Assembly (NCBI GenBank): GCA_018062165.1
Contig: JAGOSU010000001.1
Span: 1 to 26,993, forward strand
Length of the DNA stretch: 26,993 bases
DNA from: Minisyncoccota bacterium
Lineage (GTDB): Bacteria > Patescibacteriota > Minisyncoccia > Phycocordibacterales > Phycocordibacteraceae
Direction of reading: 5' to 3'
A model generated the notes under the pieces. The model was not told where the DNA came from, did no database searches, and saw only the letters and a list, made by a program, of their open reading frames with translations. Below are positions 26,050-26,993 of this stretch, piece by piece. The translations under genes were made by a program, and so were the position numbers. Position 1 is the stretch's first letter. Each line of letters opens with the position of its first letter.

Positions 26050-26808
26050 CTACCGCCTACGAGGGGGCGGACGCTTGAAGGGGGTAAGCTTCTTGCCACG
26101 TTGCTTACGGGTAATCTCCGTAAAGAAGGGCAGGTACATGTCGTGCTCTGGGGGGATGATGGTCTCTTTGCGGTTGGTGCGCTCGGTGAACTCCACCTCA
26201 AGGCCCGTAACGATCGCCAGCGGCTGTTGTTCCTTACCCTCGCCCATAACAAGCACTGCGGCTGAGGCCAGGGAGTCCGGGATGTTGGTGCGCGAGATTT
26301 TCATCACCCGACCGAACATGTCCTTAGTGCCCCGGTAGTCGCGTATGCCTCGGAAGCCAGCGTAGCCCATCGCCACACCTACCGCGCCAGCTCTTAGTGC
26401 CAGCACCCGGCTGTCCGGGATGAGGATACCAAGCCTCTTCACCTTGTAGCGCTTACGAAGTTCGGTGCGAAGCTCGCTTGCCGCCCTGAAGCTGTCCTTG
26501 GGAAGGAGGATAAGCTTGTTGCCCTCGGCGTTTGACTCATCAATGCCCGCGCTCGACATAAGGAGCCCGTCTTTGAGCGTGAGCCACGTGTACATGGTGC
26601 GCATGGCGAAGTCAGCCTCCTTGCGGATAGCCTTCTCGCGAGTGTGTTCATCCACGATTTCTACGGTGCGTCCTTCGGCGAGCGCCACAATCTTACTTGT
26701 GACAACGAGAATCGTCCCTTCTTGTACCTTCGGGATATGCGCAACGATAAAGTCCGCGAGGTTCTCCCGCTCGTGGAAAACGCGAGTCTTAATTGGCCTG
26801 ACTTCCAT
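26050..26808 (-). CDS. CofE/F420-ligase-family gamma-glutamyl ligase (FolC2-like)
   Basis: VVTSKIVALAEGR, SAGIDESN, DS...RAGAVGVA, DSLASAAVLVMGEG. Confidence 0.85.
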   Translation of the reverse strand: MEVRPIKTRVFHERENLADFIVAHIPKVQEGTILVVTSKIVALAEGRTVEIVDEHTREKAIRKEADFAMRTMYTWLTLKDGLLMSSAGIDESNAEGNKLILLPKDSFRAASELRTELRKRYKVKRLGILIPDSRVLALRAGAVGVAMGYAGFRGIRDYRGTKDMFGRVMKISRTNIPDSLASAAVLVMGEGKEQQPLAIVTGLEVEFTERTNRKETIIPPEHDMYLPFFTEITRKQRGKKLTPFKRPPPRRR

Positions 26809-26992
26809 CTTTGTCTTTTAGCAGCCAGATGCCCGCGTACGCAAGTGGGGTGTAGAGCACGCCCATGGCAACCTTGAAGAGCCACCAGCTAATGATGAGT
26901 GAGAACAGAACAGACCACTCGTAGATACCAATGAAGGCAATCGACATGAAGAGTACCGTGTCCAAGAGCTGGCTCCACAGGTTCGAGAGGGT
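26789..26992 (-). CDS. VUT-family / YhhQ queuosine-precursor transporter, C-terminal part (truncated by window edge)
   Basis: Hand translation TLSNLWSQLLDTVLFMSIAFIG...KVAMGVLYTPLAYAG...*; overlaps the CofE-like start by 20 nt. Confidence 0.8.
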   Translation of the reverse strand, partial: TLSNLWSQLLDTVLFMSIAFIGIYEWSVLFSLIISWWLFKVAMGVLYTPLAYAGIWLLKDKDGSQAN

Positions 26993-26993
26993 G

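Overview
A ~27 kb chromosomal window from a Patescibacteria (CPR) bacterium, probably Parcubacteria. The taxonomy is inferred from the absence of rpmD/uL30 between rpsE and rplO, the lack of Shine-Dalgarno motifs, and long Lys/Ala tails on ribosomal proteins. TGA acts as a stop (adk, ORF 3073), so the genetic code is 11. Bases 191-16652 hold tuf plus the S10-spc cluster through secY-adk-map. The cluster is cut twice by terminator-bounded insertions and restarted by internal sigma70-type promoters; the alpha operon does not follow map. Bases 16713-24848 hold ndk, accessory membrane and RNA-metabolism genes, tandem M14 peptidases and a small-protein cassette. The right end has, on the minus strand, a VUT/YhhQ transporter (partial), a CofE/FolC2-like ligase and infC-rpmI-rplT. 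Observations missed by the ORF track: (1) a compact 6S-RNA-like ncRNA at ~17710-17849 with its own -10 box and terminator; (2) a coupled pair of M14 peptidases in which the first has lost its catalytic residues; (3) pervasive -10-box-to-start spacing of 6-10 nt, suggesting leaderless mRNAs, including infC; (4) a 48-aa minus-strand ORF and a PRTase-like gene inserted between rpsJ and rplC; (5) a tRNA-Gln-like 3' fragment. All family assignments come from motif recognition by eye; no database search was run.
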